DNA of 62,399 bases, the filler included, from Collodictyon triciliatum (lineage: Eukaryota), in the NCBI GenBank assembly GCA_043381765.1. It is 6 parts of 6 records of this genome, joined end to end, with 100 filler letters (N's around TTAATTAATTAA, not from the genome) between each part and the next. Parts side by side here need not be neighbours in the genome. Positions count along the whole stretch, not along the records: positions 14,601 to 29,109 come from JBHJMP010001808.1; positions 29,210 to 43,707 come from JBHJMP010001809.1; 4 more parts are not named here. One strand, written 5' to 3'. A program made the position numbers and the translations under genes. The notes under the pieces are model-generated. The model had not been told where the DNA came from and searched no databases. It saw nothing but the letters and a program-made list of their open reading frames with translations. This document shows, in pieces, positions 15,679-29,306 of the stretch (position 1 is its first letter; each line of letters starts with the position of its first letter).

Positions 15679-18167
15679 TCATGAAAGTGCATGCGAATGT
15701 TTTTCTTTGTAATTCTTGTCGTTTTTGTATTTTTTTGTGGTTTTTTCGTATTTTTTGAAGTAAATCGTTTTTCTGGCGAGTGTGTAAGTTGCAGGCATCA
15801 AGAGAAGAAATAAGGAAAGGGACTGCATTTACCTCTTGAGGAAGTAAACCTTTCCCTGTTGACCGACGCTGGTGTCGTACGGAGCTGAGACCAGAACAGT
15901 TCTTCCCTCGACATCGACATCGTATCCAAATGCATCTGAGCCGTCTTCGACTGGAGACTCGTTAAAAAAGTACTCCATCCAATCATCGCCGCTCTTTGAG
16001 AAAAGATGCACAGAGCCTATGTGAGGTCTCATTATGCACACCGCACTTTAAAATACAAACAACATCTGTAAAGTCAGAAAAAGCTACATGATATTTAATA
16101 AAGACACACACCCTTTATGCCACACGCTTGTCCATCAACACAGGGCTTCGCTCCCACAGCAAGTTGAGTGCCATCCGATGAGAAGCTGAGGCTGGACCCA
16201 AACTTCTTCCCAGAGACAGCTGCGTTTGGCTTGATTGAAGATGCAAATGTGTAGCGGTCATCCCTATTCAATCGATAGCTCACAACCGACCCAGAGTTCT
16301 GTCCATCGGTCGCGTCGTCCACAGCAGACACATACAACATGTTCGAGTTGAACTCGATGGCCCATCCGAATCCAAGTCTGCTGGTGTCTGTGATGATTTG
16401 GGTGACTCTCCACTCCTCGTACTTGTACTCAACGATATAGACCGCTTGGTCCGAGGCGATGGACGGGTTGTTGGAGACCGCCATCTTCGTTTCGCTAGCA
16501 AGAGATACAGAATGACCGAAGCGCTCATCAAGCTTTGGAATCAGCGCTGTGATAGTCTTTCTTCCACCCCACTTTCCGTATTCATTTCTTTTGTAGATGT
16601 GTGCACACCCAGCATTAGCGGTGGTTTCAGAGAAGTCGTATGTGACCATCCCGATGGCAGTAGTATTGTTGATGTTGGAGACGGCGGCACCAAACTCAAA
16701 AGTCTTTGATGTGTTACGGTAACGAATGATGGAATCTCGGACAAACGTGTCTTGTGACTCGGTCCGTCGATAGAATACCAGGACACCAACCTGAGTGTCT
16801 TTGTACTTTGATTTAGGAGCGGATACAATCAGGTAGTTATCGTTCATCAACATGTTGAAGCCAAACATGTCATCTTTACTGACGAAGGGGTTCTTTATTT
16901 TGTGGCTGTAAACCCACGAACCGCTATTTGTATCAACCTTGTACATCAGAATGAACCCACTTTTGCACTTGACCAGAGGCGGAGGTCCTGCGCAGAATGG
17001 AACCGAAATAGCAGCTGTGTTGCCGTATATCTCTACTTCAAATCCCAAGTTTTCCGACGTTTTCTTTTCATACCAAACAAGAGGAATTATTTCAGGAGGA
17101 CTCCAAATTTTAATTGTGTAGTCTCCACTTCCAGAGACAATTTTTGAGCCATCAGGAGTAACATCAACACCATAAATCTCACTATTGTGTCCAATCAATG
17201 TGCGAATTAAAGTCCCATCAGACAGATTCCAGATTTTGATTGTGCCATCATGGCTTCCAGAGACAATTTTTGAATCATCAGGAGTGACAGCAACACTCCA
17301 AACATGACTAGTGTGTCCGATCAAAGTGCGAATCAAAGCTCCGTCTGCAAGATTCCAGATTTTGATTGTGTTATCATGGCTTCCAGAAATTATTTTCGTA
17401 CCGTCAAGAGTGACATCGACACTAAAAACATAGGAGGTATGACCAATCGATGTGCAAATTAATTCACCATCCGAAAGATTCCAGACTTTAACAGTGGAAT
17501 CACCACTTCCAGAGACAACTTTTGTACCATCGGAAGTGACAGCAACACTGTGTACAAAATTTGTATGACCCAATAAAGTATTCATTAAACCTCCATCAGA
17601 AAGATTCCAGACTTTCACAGTATGATCCTGGCTTCCAGAAACTATTTTCGTACCATCGGGAGTGGCAGCAACACTATGAACCCAATCAGTATGACCAGTC
17701 AAGGTGCGAATCAAAGCTCCATCAGAAAGATGCCATATTTTGATTGTATTATCCCAACTCCCAGATACTATTTTTAAGCCATCAGGAGTGACAGTAACAC
17801 CTCTGACATTATTTGTATGACCAGTCAACGTGCGAATCAACGCTCCATCAGAAAGATTCCAGATTTTGATTGTATTATCCCGACTAGAACCTCCAGAAAC
17901 AATTTTTGAATTATCAGGAGTAACGATGACACTGCCAACATGATCAGTATGACCAGTCAATGTGCGGATAAGATACTCCTGCCCTTGAACTTGAAAAACA
18001 TGGCTGTGGGATGCTAACCCTAAAATGGTTTTTGTCAGTGTGTTTCGTATTGTAAAATTTCAGCCATTTTATGTGAATATTATTCTAAACAATCTTTTAT
18101 ACGCCAAATACGATACCATACCCATCAGGTATAGAGCTGCTATCCAGAGACTGGTTGCCCTTGTCAT
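15679..18167 (-). CDS. Signal-peptide protein with 7 highly similar WD40 repeats plus FG-GAP (integrin alpha beta-propeller-like) repeats
   Basis: Exon 1 is MTRATSLWIAALYLM (hydrophobic). Repeats read GHT..V.SVAVTPDG.KIVSGS.D.TIKIWNL, followed by FGFNM..LIVSAP, FGAAV, FGHSVSL, FGSSLSFSSDGTQLAVGA and FGYDVDV..VLVSAP. The last exon is inferred. Confidence 0.8.
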
Positions 18168-20379
18168 TCACTAGCAAGAAGATATGAAAACTAATGCATT
18201 TCGATGGTATTTTATCAGTAATTAATCTTTCAATTTTAAACTGAAATTGATTTACTCTCTTTTTATATCACTCTAGGACCCAAAAATATTGCGTAGATTA
18301 ATAAGAACCAAAATGAGTAAAATTGACATGAGATATATTTCATCTTCATTTGATTCAATGAACTAAGACATTTTGAATAGCTATGATGGGATTGATTTAT
18401 TAAATCGTTTGTTTGCGATTAATAAATATTGAAACACTGGTGATTTCGTCACGTTTTCTAATCATCTCATTTAACAACTTAACAAATATATCAATAAGAA
18501 TATATTCTTGGAAGAAACATTTGAACTTTCTCTGGAAGCGTCATTTTGAGAAAAAAATGGCATCCAATATTAGTGAATATGTGTGTATGATACTGTGACT
18601 TTATGCTACATTTTTGAAAATTCTCATAGAATAAGTATTGTGCGATATTCAAATGTGTTTTTATTTGTGACAAATAATGATGTGATAGTTGTGTCCTCAA
18701 ATCTTGTGAGAATAAAGCCTGTGAATGGCTTTTGTGTGATTATTTGGACATGATGGAATATTTTAATGCATAATTTGCATTAGTTATAATAGCTTCACTT
18801 CAAATAAAAATTTATCAATATTAATCTTGTGATGTTCCATAGTCATGCAGAGATTCATGTTGCTGTAGTTATAAAAAAATTTTTTGCTTCATGATTAGAT
18901 GCTTGAAACACTCATATTGTCAAATTATTAAGTAATGATGAGCTGTCACATCGTTTATAATTCTATAAAGTCAAGCCGCTGCCCTTCTGCATGCAATCTC
19001 GATTATCAATATAGCGGAGTCGGTATCTATATTCAGAAGATGGTGTCGTCAGTTCAGCTATATTGTCTCATTGAAAATACATCGATAACATATCGAGGAT
19101 TTTAATTCGAAATGAGCAAATATACCACCTGGAACTTTTGATGAGTTTGTTATTTGGAGCATTGATATTGTCCGTGCACTTTTTCAAAACAATTATGCCA
19201 GGATTGATTTATTGTGTCAAATATACCATCAATAGGGAAACACCTGTAGTAACCTTACAAGCTTTAGTCCCCTCAAATTTTACGTCCATGTGCCGAAGAC
19301 ATTTTTCGAATATTTTGTGCATGACATTGTGTAAATTACACTGTTAAATATCCCAGTAAAGGAAAAATAAAAGCATGAGTACACTCACGTTTTGTTTCGG
19401 TGGTTGCAGGTGCCTCTTCAAGGTCCTCTTTGGGAAAGAAAAGGGAATAGTAACTTGTGGATGAGTGAAGTACACTTGATTCCATAATCCTTTTTTCCCA
19501 CTGTTCTCAACCTTGTTGGGACGACTTTGGCGATAAAGGTAAGTTGCATTACAGTGAATGACTCACATGAATATTTTTGCACTATTAACAAGACAAGGCT
19601 TTCTGTGTGAGAGTTTGTCTTTTGAATGTCACCCTTTTGTTTGCGTATGGAACAGAGACAGCGCCGAATGAGCGTAGTCCATCTCCTGTCCATAATATGA
19701 AGCTTCCCTGAATCCTTCCCATGACACAGGGTTGAGCGAGTTTGTTTTTGAGAGGCGTTTTTCTTTTCTCTTGAAAGTTTTTGAAGCTCCGCCACTATTT
19801 GCAAAGGCCCGCACTGCTCACTCATACTATTCCTGCGCAAGGAAGGCCCAGCAACAAGCAAAGGAGCGAGGTTGTGATGGATGCGATGTAGCGATCACTG
19901 GTCGTGACACTTTCCGCGTAGCGAGTGAGCCAACGTGTCGGCGTTGCAGTCATTACGTGGCGGCGGGCTTTTTGAGTCCTTTGTTTTCAGTCTGAAGAAA
20001 ATTGGATGATTCAAAGAACCGGTCGGAGCATCTTTTTTTTTTCCCTCGAACCAATCAAACCCATCAAAAGTGGGCTTCGGCGCTATGCCAAACGCGCTAT
20101 GAGACTATTTTGGAATTTACACAACAACTTCGGACAAAAGCGGAAAACACCAATACCAATCGGGATGCATGTTGATTAACCGGAGCTGGAATTTATAATC
20201 AAAACAAGCGGTTGAAGGAGCGAACACCATATTTTTGGCAACGCGTTTTGCACAAATGGTGCCACGACATTGATTGTAAATAAACCACCGCAACAGACTT
20301 TCTATTCGACTTACGTAATGATATACGACATTCTGCGCTTCCGCAACTATCGGATAACATGAACTGCGTCATAACGCTG

Positions 20380-21883
20380 GCTATGCAAGTTGCATCCAGC
20401 TCTTCTGGTTCCAAAGCTGGTGCGGATAAACTCTGAGTGGCTCGTAAGTCTAGGAAGACCCGTGCAAGAAAGCCGCCTGCAAGTCCGTCTGAGCGGACAG
20501 TATTTTTGCACGGGGTAGAGCAAGTCGTTTAATACAAATAGAACAAGGCCCGCGGGCTCACAGATGCGCTCGCCTCCTTCTTGAAAGCGAACAAACTTTG
20601 GGAACAGTCCATCCAACTGCGCTTACCGGACAGCGAAGGCTTCTGCCTGATTGCCTTCCGCACTGCAGAAAACACCTGAAAGCTTCTGGAGCTAAAGTAG
20701 GTAAGTTTGAGTGATGTTACAAGCAGCTTCAGCAGAAGTAAAACAACAGAGACCTCGGTGATGCTCTACCAACTACCGCTGGACGTGTGGCCGCAACTCC
20801 TTCGTGAGGAGCTGAAGCCGTTCAGACCGACCCACGTGGACATCAAAAAGGACGAACGCTTCTTCACAGACACGGCCGTGGCGAAGCTTCTTTGTAACAA
20901 GAACCAGCTCCCTGCAAAGTTTACAGTCATGGGTAAAAAGTGTCCAAAGCGCATGTTCAAAGAGCGTCCACCAGATGCGAATAACGAACGACGAGTAAAA
21001 GCCTTCGAAAAAGTATACACATGCCAAACAGACAAGCAGCAACGGGTCAAAGAAGCCAAGGCCAGGCAACAACAGAGTCCGCAAGACTCACAGCAGATAC
21101 GCGCATACAGCGACAGCGACGATGACATGGAAGGAAATATCGGTTACTCTTCAGAATCTTTGCATTCGAGCCCTCCACCGCCAACACCGGACAAATCCGC
21201 GCATCGCAAGACCCAAGAGCAGCGCATCTCCAAATCCCGAAAGAAATCCCCCCTTAAACTACCCATTCATACTGACGTGAATATGGTTAACATAGGAGGC
21301 CTCAAGGCAGTCTTCGTTACTTATCCGAAAGGATACTCCAAAGCGAAGGCGACACAAGAACCAGCGCCCACCAAAGATAGTCCGTTTACCCTGCCCCAGC
21401 CCGTCGCACCGAGAACCGAGGAGCAAGAGCAAACACCACAAGTCGAATCCCAGCTTGGAACTTCACACTTTAAAGACAGTCCGAGCAAGCAGGAGCGTAT
21501 ATTCCTAAAAATACAAACACGAAGCCACACTCCAGTTAAGCAAAGTCCACTGCCGGCTGCACATGTTTCCGAAACCAGGGGACTGTCAAGCGCCACTTCC
21601 GAGAATACCAGACAAACAACTATGTATCGCTTTTTGTCAGAGTCGCCCAGCAAGAAACGCAAGGAAAGTGACCCGTTGTCCCCTCAAAAGACTCATCCTG
21701 TGGAATGAAATAGGATGTAAACCTTGTCTGAGATAGACGGTTGAAAGGACTCGTCGGAATCGATTTGAGAAGTAACTGCCATGTGCGTACTTTCATCGAC
21801 CCGACAACTTTATCCGCTCTTCTGTCAGTCTCGAATACAACCAGAAATCGCATTGGAGCTGAACCACTTTGGGTAGAATAGTC
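20380..21883 (+). mobile_element. Interspersed repeat family, copy B: degenerate LINE ORF1/gag-like element
   Basis: The plus-frame reading upstream of ORF 20707-21708 continues through stops (ERTVFLHGVEQ...FCLIAFRTAEN) into SVMLYQLPLDV...LREELKPF, an RRM-like pattern typical of non-LTR ORF1. It is intronless and homologous to copies A and C. Confidence 0.6.
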
Positions 21884-22080
21884 ATAGAGTAACCCTCCTC
21901 TCTTTTCTATCTAGTTTTTTTCTTTTCTTGATTTTTTCCCTTTATTCGATTCAAAGTGGCTTTCTTTTCTTGATTTAATAAAGTATGGGATTAAGAGGAA
22001 ATGCCAGAATAAAGTTGGTTATCAATGCGCCCAGTTGTCAAGCGGATGTAGGATAGGGCGTTAAGTCTAAGCTTTCCAGG

Positions 22081-24487
22081 TTACGAATTGCTACCGAATT
22101 CAGGAGCCAATTTGCCATGTTTCTTTTGCCTTTCCAGTTCTTCTCGGCGCTTCGATATTGTAGCTTTTTCTTCGAGCAATTTTATAATACTAGCTTTCCT
22201 GCAAATAATTGAGATATTCAGTGGGAAGTTTGAATTTTGAATAATAAAATTAGGATGGAATGCATTACAACTGTGTATTATTTAGGTTTAATATATCGAT
22301 GTTAATACATCCGAAGCTTTGATGCTAGTGAGTGAAGGCGGTGGTATATAACACCCGAAAATTCAGGACTTATGCATGGTTCTATTTTCTCTGAGAAAGT
22401 TATAATTGATTTTTACTCCATGAAATAACATTCCATAAACATATTTTAATACATACATACATACATACATACATACATACATACATACATACATACATAC
22501 ATACATACATACATACATACATACATACATACATACATACATACATACATACATACATACAGTTTTAAGTACCTGAATTTTCTAAATCTTCTGCATTTTG
22601 AGATAGGCGTTCGTATAGCATTTTTTGGATGTCTTCGCCTTTGGCCTCCAAATATATAGATAAGTGTATAGCTGCTTCAAGGGAGCCCTTCAAAAAATAA
22701 TAAGGTTATATTACATGGCATTATTTAACATGACCAAAATATAGCCATAACAGCGCAATCATCTTTTATAATATTGCATTTCTTACTTTCAACACTCTTT
22801 CCCACAAGTCTTTACTTGTTTGAAATTTGAACGATCCTGGGTGTTGGTGTATTATATCCAACAAATTGTTTTCAGTTGAACTTAAAACTCTGACTATCTT
22901 TGATCTACCTATATCTTTGACAAAATTCGCCTGCTCTTGTGCATGAAAATCATCCGTATTTTTAAATAGTTCCACATAGCTTCGTAGAACTTCTTCGGTT
23001 GTAGCTGCATTAGATATATTTTTTCTGTCGGGTGATTCTATTTCTCGAATCAATAATGCAATATACTCTTGGAACGCTACGCGTCGTTTAGATTTCATAT
23101 CGAGATGCATGCGCGTGAGGAAGGGAAGGACTATATCATCTTTTGCAAATTTGTATCTATGTTTTGAAGAGGTGGGAACGATTTACCAAATCTTGATATA
23201 TCAAAAAATGGCATAAAACATTGGTTTTAATTTTATACCCATATTCTTTTTTCTCAAGAAACTGAAACTGATCCAACGTCGATATGAAAGCTTGGCTATT
23301 TTTATCATTAATTCAGATTAACCAATTTTCTTATCATACCAAAAGATTTTGTAATTAACTGCTTCAAACCGTTTCAAGCTAATCTCTTCCTCATAGCGTG
23401 CTTCGTCTTCTGACTCACTCATGTCAAGATACACACCCGTATTAGAAAGCAGCAGATTGGTTATTGTGCGATCAACAAGTTCTTTACCTTATTTTAATTC
23501 GATATACATTAGTCAATATCCTACTTTTAAAGGGCTGTCAATTACCTTATGAAAAGTGGGTCATATAGAATAATTTACCATAATGTTCTTGGTATCTCCC
23601 AATTATATATTCAAGTAGTTTATCAATCCCTAGAGTTGAATGCGATATAATCTGATCTAATAATGTATTCAGCCCTTCAAAATTCCCATGATTTACAAGC
23701 TCGGATAGAGCTAAACGCAGCAAGACAGATTGTCCTCGAAGTTTGGTGAATGCGGTTAGTAAATATTGAAGTACACTTTTGCCTCGATTTCACCACTGAA
23801 TTGACAAAGGAAAATAAAAAAAAAAAAAGAAAAAAGAGAAAATATACAAAATCCAAGCGGAAGAGATTGCTTTGATGGATTCGATGCTTACTTAATACAG
23901 AGTCTGTCGTAATCTTGGATTTCAGCATATTAATTTGTTCTTCTGACAATTCCTTGAAATTGCTTTCGCAAAAAAATATAAAATTCTCAATCACCTCTTG
24001 AGGTTCCAAGAGCCCCCTAGTCTTAAATGTCTCTATGTTAGATGAGATGTAATACTTGTAGTAAAAGTGTTTCATTATATTTCTTCCTTTTACTTCAAAC
24101 TGTACATTTGAATACAGACAATCCATACCTGACTAATGCAGCTATGAGGAAAGATGGGCCGCCCATCCTAAAAGGTGCAAGTTTTCGATATAAGATGTAA
24201 AATTAATAACATAACATTCTGATGACCAATCCTTATCAAATACAAAGCCATATTATGCATTTTTGGCATTATTGTTGTATACATACTGGAAAATCCTCTT
24301 GTAAAGCATTTATTAAGTGGCATTTGGCCATCTTTATTAATTTGGACCCACATTTTAGATCAAACTTGAAAACAACATATCTTTTTTTAATCTCAGATAC
24401 CAATGACTTTTGTTTTGCTAAATCTGATGGATCGTGATTTTTACACTGGGCGGTGTGTGTGTGTGNNNNNNNNNNNNNNNNNNNNNN

Positions 24488-24539
<52 letters not shown>

Positions 24540-27500
24540 TATAATTAGAATTTTAAGTCAAATCAATATTGATTTTGATGTTGTATTTATGAAGAAAAGT
24601 CTCATGCACATGATGCAAATTAGAGTATAACAAAGCTCTTACCTTAGCTCTCTTGTAAAAGAATACACGATTTGCATAAGGATTCTCGATGAAACATGCT
24701 GCCCTTATCTAATGATGCATTAAAAACAGAATATAATCAACTCACACAATTATGATTCATTTATTTTCATCTCTATTGTGCCTTACTTATTCATGTATTA
24801 TACTTGTATATTCAACAGAATACCTCGAGCTCTGTAGCACTGGCCCCAGGATAATTGTTAACCCAAGGAAACTCTTTTTCTATTCTTTTGTTCCAATTAT
24901 TCGGTTTCTCTCTATTTGGTACCCATCCATACCTATATACGTTTAAATAAAAATTGGTATTAATTAAAGTCTTTGATGTCCCATCCATGGATATTGATAA
25001 TTAATATTTTTCTCTAGTTAATCTTTTAATTGTTACCTCGAGCCAAGCAGGCAGACAAAGTATTGTGATTTTCGGACCCTGTCCAAGCATACCAGCATAG
25101 TCTGAATGTCATTCCATGATTAGAAATGAGAGTCTGATATGCTAAAATGATATCTCGTTTATAATCATGAAAGGTATGTGTTATGATATCCAATCGATGG
25201 CATTTACATCTCCATTTTCTGTTCCCTCTGGTGGGATGCCCCATCTTAAATCGATAAATCTTAGGGTGACCCCCTTTTTCTGTGCAGCACTTGCAATACT
25301 ACCATTTTTTTGTGCGATTAAAATAAAAAACAAAAAGAAAAAGGAGAGGAAAATTTATGACGATCAAAATAATGATTTTAGATAACTCTTTACCATGGTT
25401 GGGCATATCTACAAAACTTATCTCGAACTGCAGTCATGTCTTGGAATGTCGATGACACAAAAACATTTATTTCCCTACTTTTGATCTCAGGGTTGAAGTT
25501 TACAATTTTAGTTCCTCCATAATTCCATCGGACAGTGTTGAAAGGTAATTTTAGTTTAGTGTACTGTGCTTGTTTGATTTCATGCCTGAATGACATACAT
25601 TTTACTTCCATACTGTACGGACTCCATGTATCTGGCAAAAAAGAGAATATTGAACTTATGGATATGGGTGTCATCTGATTTTCAGAGTCCAAAGCAGGTG
25701 GACTAATCAAATTGCATGTTGAGGGCCTTAGAATAGTTGATGATTCTACTTTATGTGGTTCTTGCAATTCGCTGATGCAATTTGGGCACATAATTCCTTC
25801 GGAATCACATTTCATGTTGATTCTAGGTTTTATCATTTTCTTTACAATAAAATTAACTGCCTCGAGAGAACAGCCTCGCTCATTCATAGTCTTGACAATA
25901 ATCAGGATTTTGCGAGTACTAGGCAGTCTAACGTGTTTGACTTTCTTTTTTGAATCCTATAATAAAGACTATTCAATCGTTTGATAAAATGAAATGCTTT
26001 TTTTTAAAACTTGAATAAACGATAATTTTTTTTTTAAAAAAAACATTCAAAACTTACGGGTGGCGTGTCTTCCAAAAGAAAGTGAATGAATGCCACAAAA
26101 TCATTATTTTCATTCATATATATTTCATTATTTTCCTCAGTGAAAGAGAACGGAAATATGAGGAATCTTTTGCTCAGAAACAACTCACTTGGTAACTTAT
26201 CAAATACAAGATTTATTTTTGTTACAATATCACTGATAATATGACTGATGTTGCATTTGGGAATCTCATGAGGATAATTCAGAAAGTAATGAACCGCCTC
26301 TGTAACTCTTGATAAATTGGTAACCCATGTATTTACTGGCTCTTCGTCATCCACTAGAATAGGGAATAATATTTTTTCCTCACTGATATTATAAGCCAAT
26401 CCATAATCACAAAAGAGCTCCATAATTTGCTTCGAGAATTTCTTTATTGATGACTGAGTAATGCATAGCGACAGTCTCTTTACATTTTGTACCAATTTCT
26501 CTTCAAGTAGGCTCTTGGTGAAAACACCTCTCATATCTGTTGTATTTTCTCCAGCAGGTTGAGGAACCATAGAAAAATTTAAATTAAAAACTTCTCGAAA
26601 ACATGATATCAATAATTCGGGTTGAAGGAAAATAATATCACTTATTTTTGAACTTTCCTCCATCCAAACAATAGATCCCATGTCCATCAAGAAGCGAAGA
26701 GCTGACTTTGTAGTTGCTGGGTGCATTTCATTTCGCATAACAATGTCGTTCACATCATCAATATTTACAGACACCAGGGTCTTTTTCCATACTTCCAACG
26801 TCTCCTTTAGCTGGCTGTATTTTGATGGAATATATTTCCCAATACTTGGTAACATCAGCATTTGTTTGTATATATCTTCCTTGAGATCAAACAAACCCTC
26901 TCCTGTTTGACTGCTAACCATATGATGTCCACAAAATACAATTTTTCTGTTGTAGTGATTGGAATCTCTTAATATTTTAAATTCCTTTCTGCACTGCGTT
27001 TGGACATGAATCTTTCTATCAGCACTAAATTTGTCAAGATGAGTGCCTACTATCATAATCATCACATTAGATGCAAAATAGGACACCATACTGAGCCATT
27101 GCTCCACACCTCTTAGTCTTGGAGTTTCATACATATTGTATACAATGATAGTTAAAGCATTATCAGACAGAAAAAAGGAATGGGTTGCATGGAATATATC
27201 TTGCCCTCCAAAGTCCCAGATTTTGGCTTCAATATTTTGTCTCACGCCAGCGAATTTGATTGTTTCTTTTTCTATTTCAATTCCATCTGTGTTTAGCCGA
27301 TCGGAATCCACAGTGGGTGAAAAATAGTCTTTTGATATGTTTTGCTTTAGTGACATTCGGAGCGTTGTTTTCCCAGCTTCTCCTTCACCAAGTAGCAATA
27401 TTCTACCCTCAATGTTTACTATTTTCCCTCCAACGAATGATACAAGGAAATCATATACATCTTGGGAACCTCGCTCGAGTATGTTTTTTGGAACATTCTC

Positions 27501-28775
27501 AATGGGATTTTCTTGGAAGCGAAGCCCATTCCTTAGCCCTTGGATTGTGGCCAAAAAGGGAGCAATTTCTTTTATCTGATGTGATTCATGTTTTAAAGAA
27601 AAATAATATCGGTGCTGATAATGATACTTTACGTTTCATACTTATGCAAATAATTGTACTTACGTTGTTATGTGAGAAGTCTAATATTTCTAATCTTTCA
27701 AGATTTGCGATAGATTCAGGCACTTCAGTCAACTATAATTTTACATGTAATCATTCTTTATCAATTAAATAATAATAATAAAAAAACGTACATATATAAA
27801 ATTAAGACAAAGATGCTATTTCTTATGAGGATATAGTTTTTTCTTTTAAAAAAATATCGTTGGTACTTGAATTGAGCATCTTAATATGTTAAGCTAACCT
27901 CATTATGACTAATGTTGAAGTACTTAAGGTTTTTTAAAAATTCGATTTTGATTGGAAGTGAGGCAATTCTCATCCCATAAAAGCTAAGAGATGTAAATGC
28001 TACTTGTCCTCTATCTGGCATCCAATCGGGCTGCGTCATATCACGCGTCTATTTTATATTAGTATACTATTAGTTGAATTTCATTAATTATTTTCTATTT
28101 TCTCTTTCATTTATTCCCCTCCTGTACATCTATTGCTTCATTCATAAAGTGTTGCTTACAGGGACGTTGTAAATCTGTAAATGACGAGCCCATCCATGTA
28201 AACCTTTAGAATCGTGCCATATTGGGAGCTTCTCGATTCCTGCTGGTGCTCTGATAATACTTATTGAGCTTCGAAACTCGACAAAGAGGGTCTTCAGATC
28301 TGTGAGTGCATTGATTTGTGGTGGTAGCTCCTCCATCTATGTACCCAAATTGTTATTTAATATTCCCATACTTTTACATTAAAATGGTTAAGCATACCGG
28401 GTTTCCATAAATGCACAGTTTTTTAAGACGGCTCAAACAGGATAACCCTGGTGGTAGCCAACTAAGCTTATTGCAATATGCATCAAGCATGGTGAGCCCA
28501 ACCAACCATGATATTTCGTCCGGCAAAGTGGATAGTTGGTTGTTTCCAACACCGAGATAAGTAAGTTGGGTCAAGTGCGATATGCCTCGAGGCAACGACG
28601 ACAACTTGTTGTCATAGAGGTAAAGCCACTTCAGCTTTGTCAATTTGAAAACGCCGAGTGGCACATTTGTCAGGTCAGTGCGACTCAGCTGCAACCCAAC
28701 TCGATTTTGAAGTCCCTCGATGCTATCGTCACCTGTAATGACCTTCAGCTCTTCAAGCTCCGTATGACCTGACAT
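22081..28775 (-). CDS. Roco protein: LRR - ROC GTPase - COR - DUF4062 (TEP1/NWD-like) - helical C-terminus, multi-exon
   Basis: LRRs (LYLYDNKLSSLP, LGVGNNQLSTLP). ROC motifs LLGEGEAGKTT, TDGIEI, IWDFGGQ, VGTHLD, VSS, then a COR-like region. DUF4062 motifs VFVSSTFQDM, FIDLRWGI, LVCLDRV..SQYFVCLLGSRYGWVP, FPWVNNYPGASATELE. Confidence 0.82.
22449..22560. repeat. (ATAC)n microsatellite
   Basis: Directly visible, intronic. Confidence 0.95.
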
Positions 28776-28859
28776 AAGATTTGTATACAAGGGCCTCGTT
28801 CTAAAATCCGCCGCGATCAAGCCGCCACGATCTTATTTCCAGACTTGTGTTTGGTGCCT

Positions 28860-29109
28860 GTTGTTTTGTTTTTTTTGTTTTGTTTTTTTTGTTTCTTGTT
28901 TTGTTTTGTTTTGTTTCTTGTTTTGTTTTGTTTCTTGTTTTGTTTTGTTTTGTTTTGTTTTGTTTTGTTTTGTTTTGTTTTGTTTTGTTTTGTTTTGTTT
29001 TGTTTGCTTGTTTGTATGTTTTTGTCTGTTTGTTTGTTTGTTTGTTTGTTTGTTTGTTTGTTTTGTTTTGTTTTGTTTTGTTTTGTTTTGTTTTGTTTTG
29101 TTTTGTTTT
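28860..29109. repeat. (TTTTG/TTTG)n simple repeat at contig end
   Basis: Directly visible. Confidence 0.95.
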
Positions 29110-29306
29110 NNNNNNNNNNNNNNNNNNNNNNNNNNNNNNNNNNNNNNNNNNNNTTAATTAATTAANNNNNNNNNNNNNNNNNNNNNNNNNNNNNNNNNNN
29201 NNNNNNNNNATGAACCAGAACTTGGTACAAGTTACAGACAATCAACAAATCCATACTTGAATCAACTTGTAAGATTTAAATAATTATTTTTTTATAAAAC
29301 AATTAT

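Noticed and set aside
18200-20000. AT-rich region with short ORFs, possibly a decayed element
   Set aside because: No recognisable motif, repeat boundary or splice pattern to support a call.
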